A stretch of DNA of 61,474 nucleotides from Nemertoderma westbladi (Eukaryota; Animalia; Xenacoelomorpha): NCBI GenBank assembly GCA_032718475.1, contig JAUCBJ010002882.1, positions 1-61,474 on the forward strand, written 5' to 3'. The translations under genes and the position numbers were made by a program. Each line of letters begins with the position of its first letter. Within the stretch, counting starts at the first letter, position 1. The notes below the pieces were generated by a model. That model made no database searches. It saw nothing but the letters and a program-made list of their open reading frames with translations, and was not told where the DNA came from. Shown here one piece after another: positions 61,149 to 61,474 of this stretch.

Positions 61149-61474
61149 TGTATAATACGTTATCCATTTATGTAATGTGATTTACAACACTGTAATACAA
61201 TGCTTTGTGTTTTTCCCATTCGGTGCAGTTTATTGCTGTTAGTAGCTTTCAGCTATTACATAGGCCTAGCGTACCGTGCAGCACTTGCATATTTTAAGTT
61301 ACTATTACTAAATATAAGGTGGTGGGTTCGACAAGAAGTGTATTGTATCGGCTGATAATGCAATATTAATAATTAAATATTCCTATTATTAACCAACTAT
61401 GTCTGCGCTTTATATTTGGCCTTGTATATAGTACGCCTTGATTGCAAAACCCTATTAATGATTAAAGTCTTACA
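61149..61474 (+). repeat. 3' LTR of BEL/Pao element
   Basis: Direct repeat of 54626-54951; ends TACA at the last base of the window. Confidence 0.97.

Larger units (their letters stand above)
54626..61474 (+). mobile_element. Full-length, apparently intact BEL/Pao LTR retrotransposon
   Basis: 326-bp LTRs TGTA...TACA (54626-54951, 61149-61474), a single 1775-aa ORF, and PPT GGGGGGA. The right-hand TSD lies outside the window. Confidence 0.96.

Overview
Eukaryotic (probably invertebrate animal) heterochromatin-like window built almost entirely from three tandem-repeat arrays and the retrotransposons sitting in or next to them. Left to right: (1) 1-5320, the 5' part of a probable large LTR retrotransposon on the minus strand, with a ~1.2-kb candidate LTR, a 2.2-kb leader containing several minus-strand-folding RNA domains, and a >=651-codon ORF running off the window edge that the supplied ORF track misses. 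(2) A 50-bp satellite (5321-21216) interrupted by a full-length Mag-type Ty3/Gypsy element (13857-19034) with identical 238-bp LTRs and a GTGAG target-site duplication (TSD) but a disabled RT. (3) A ~290-bp unique island that looks like a 143-nt intron plus a 152-nt open exon. (4) A ~26.5-kb 26-bp satellite (21506-50799) interrupted by a truncated RTE-like LINE (28329-31112). (5) The 3' part of a second Mag-type element (minus strand), cut off at a TA|CAGT junction. (6) A 22-bp tandem array (52629-54625). (7) An apparently intact BEL/Pao element (54626-61474). The strongest leads are the structured leader of the left element and the possibility that the satellites grew from splice junctions of a host gene, giving giant satellite introns. 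All alignments and foldings were done by eye.
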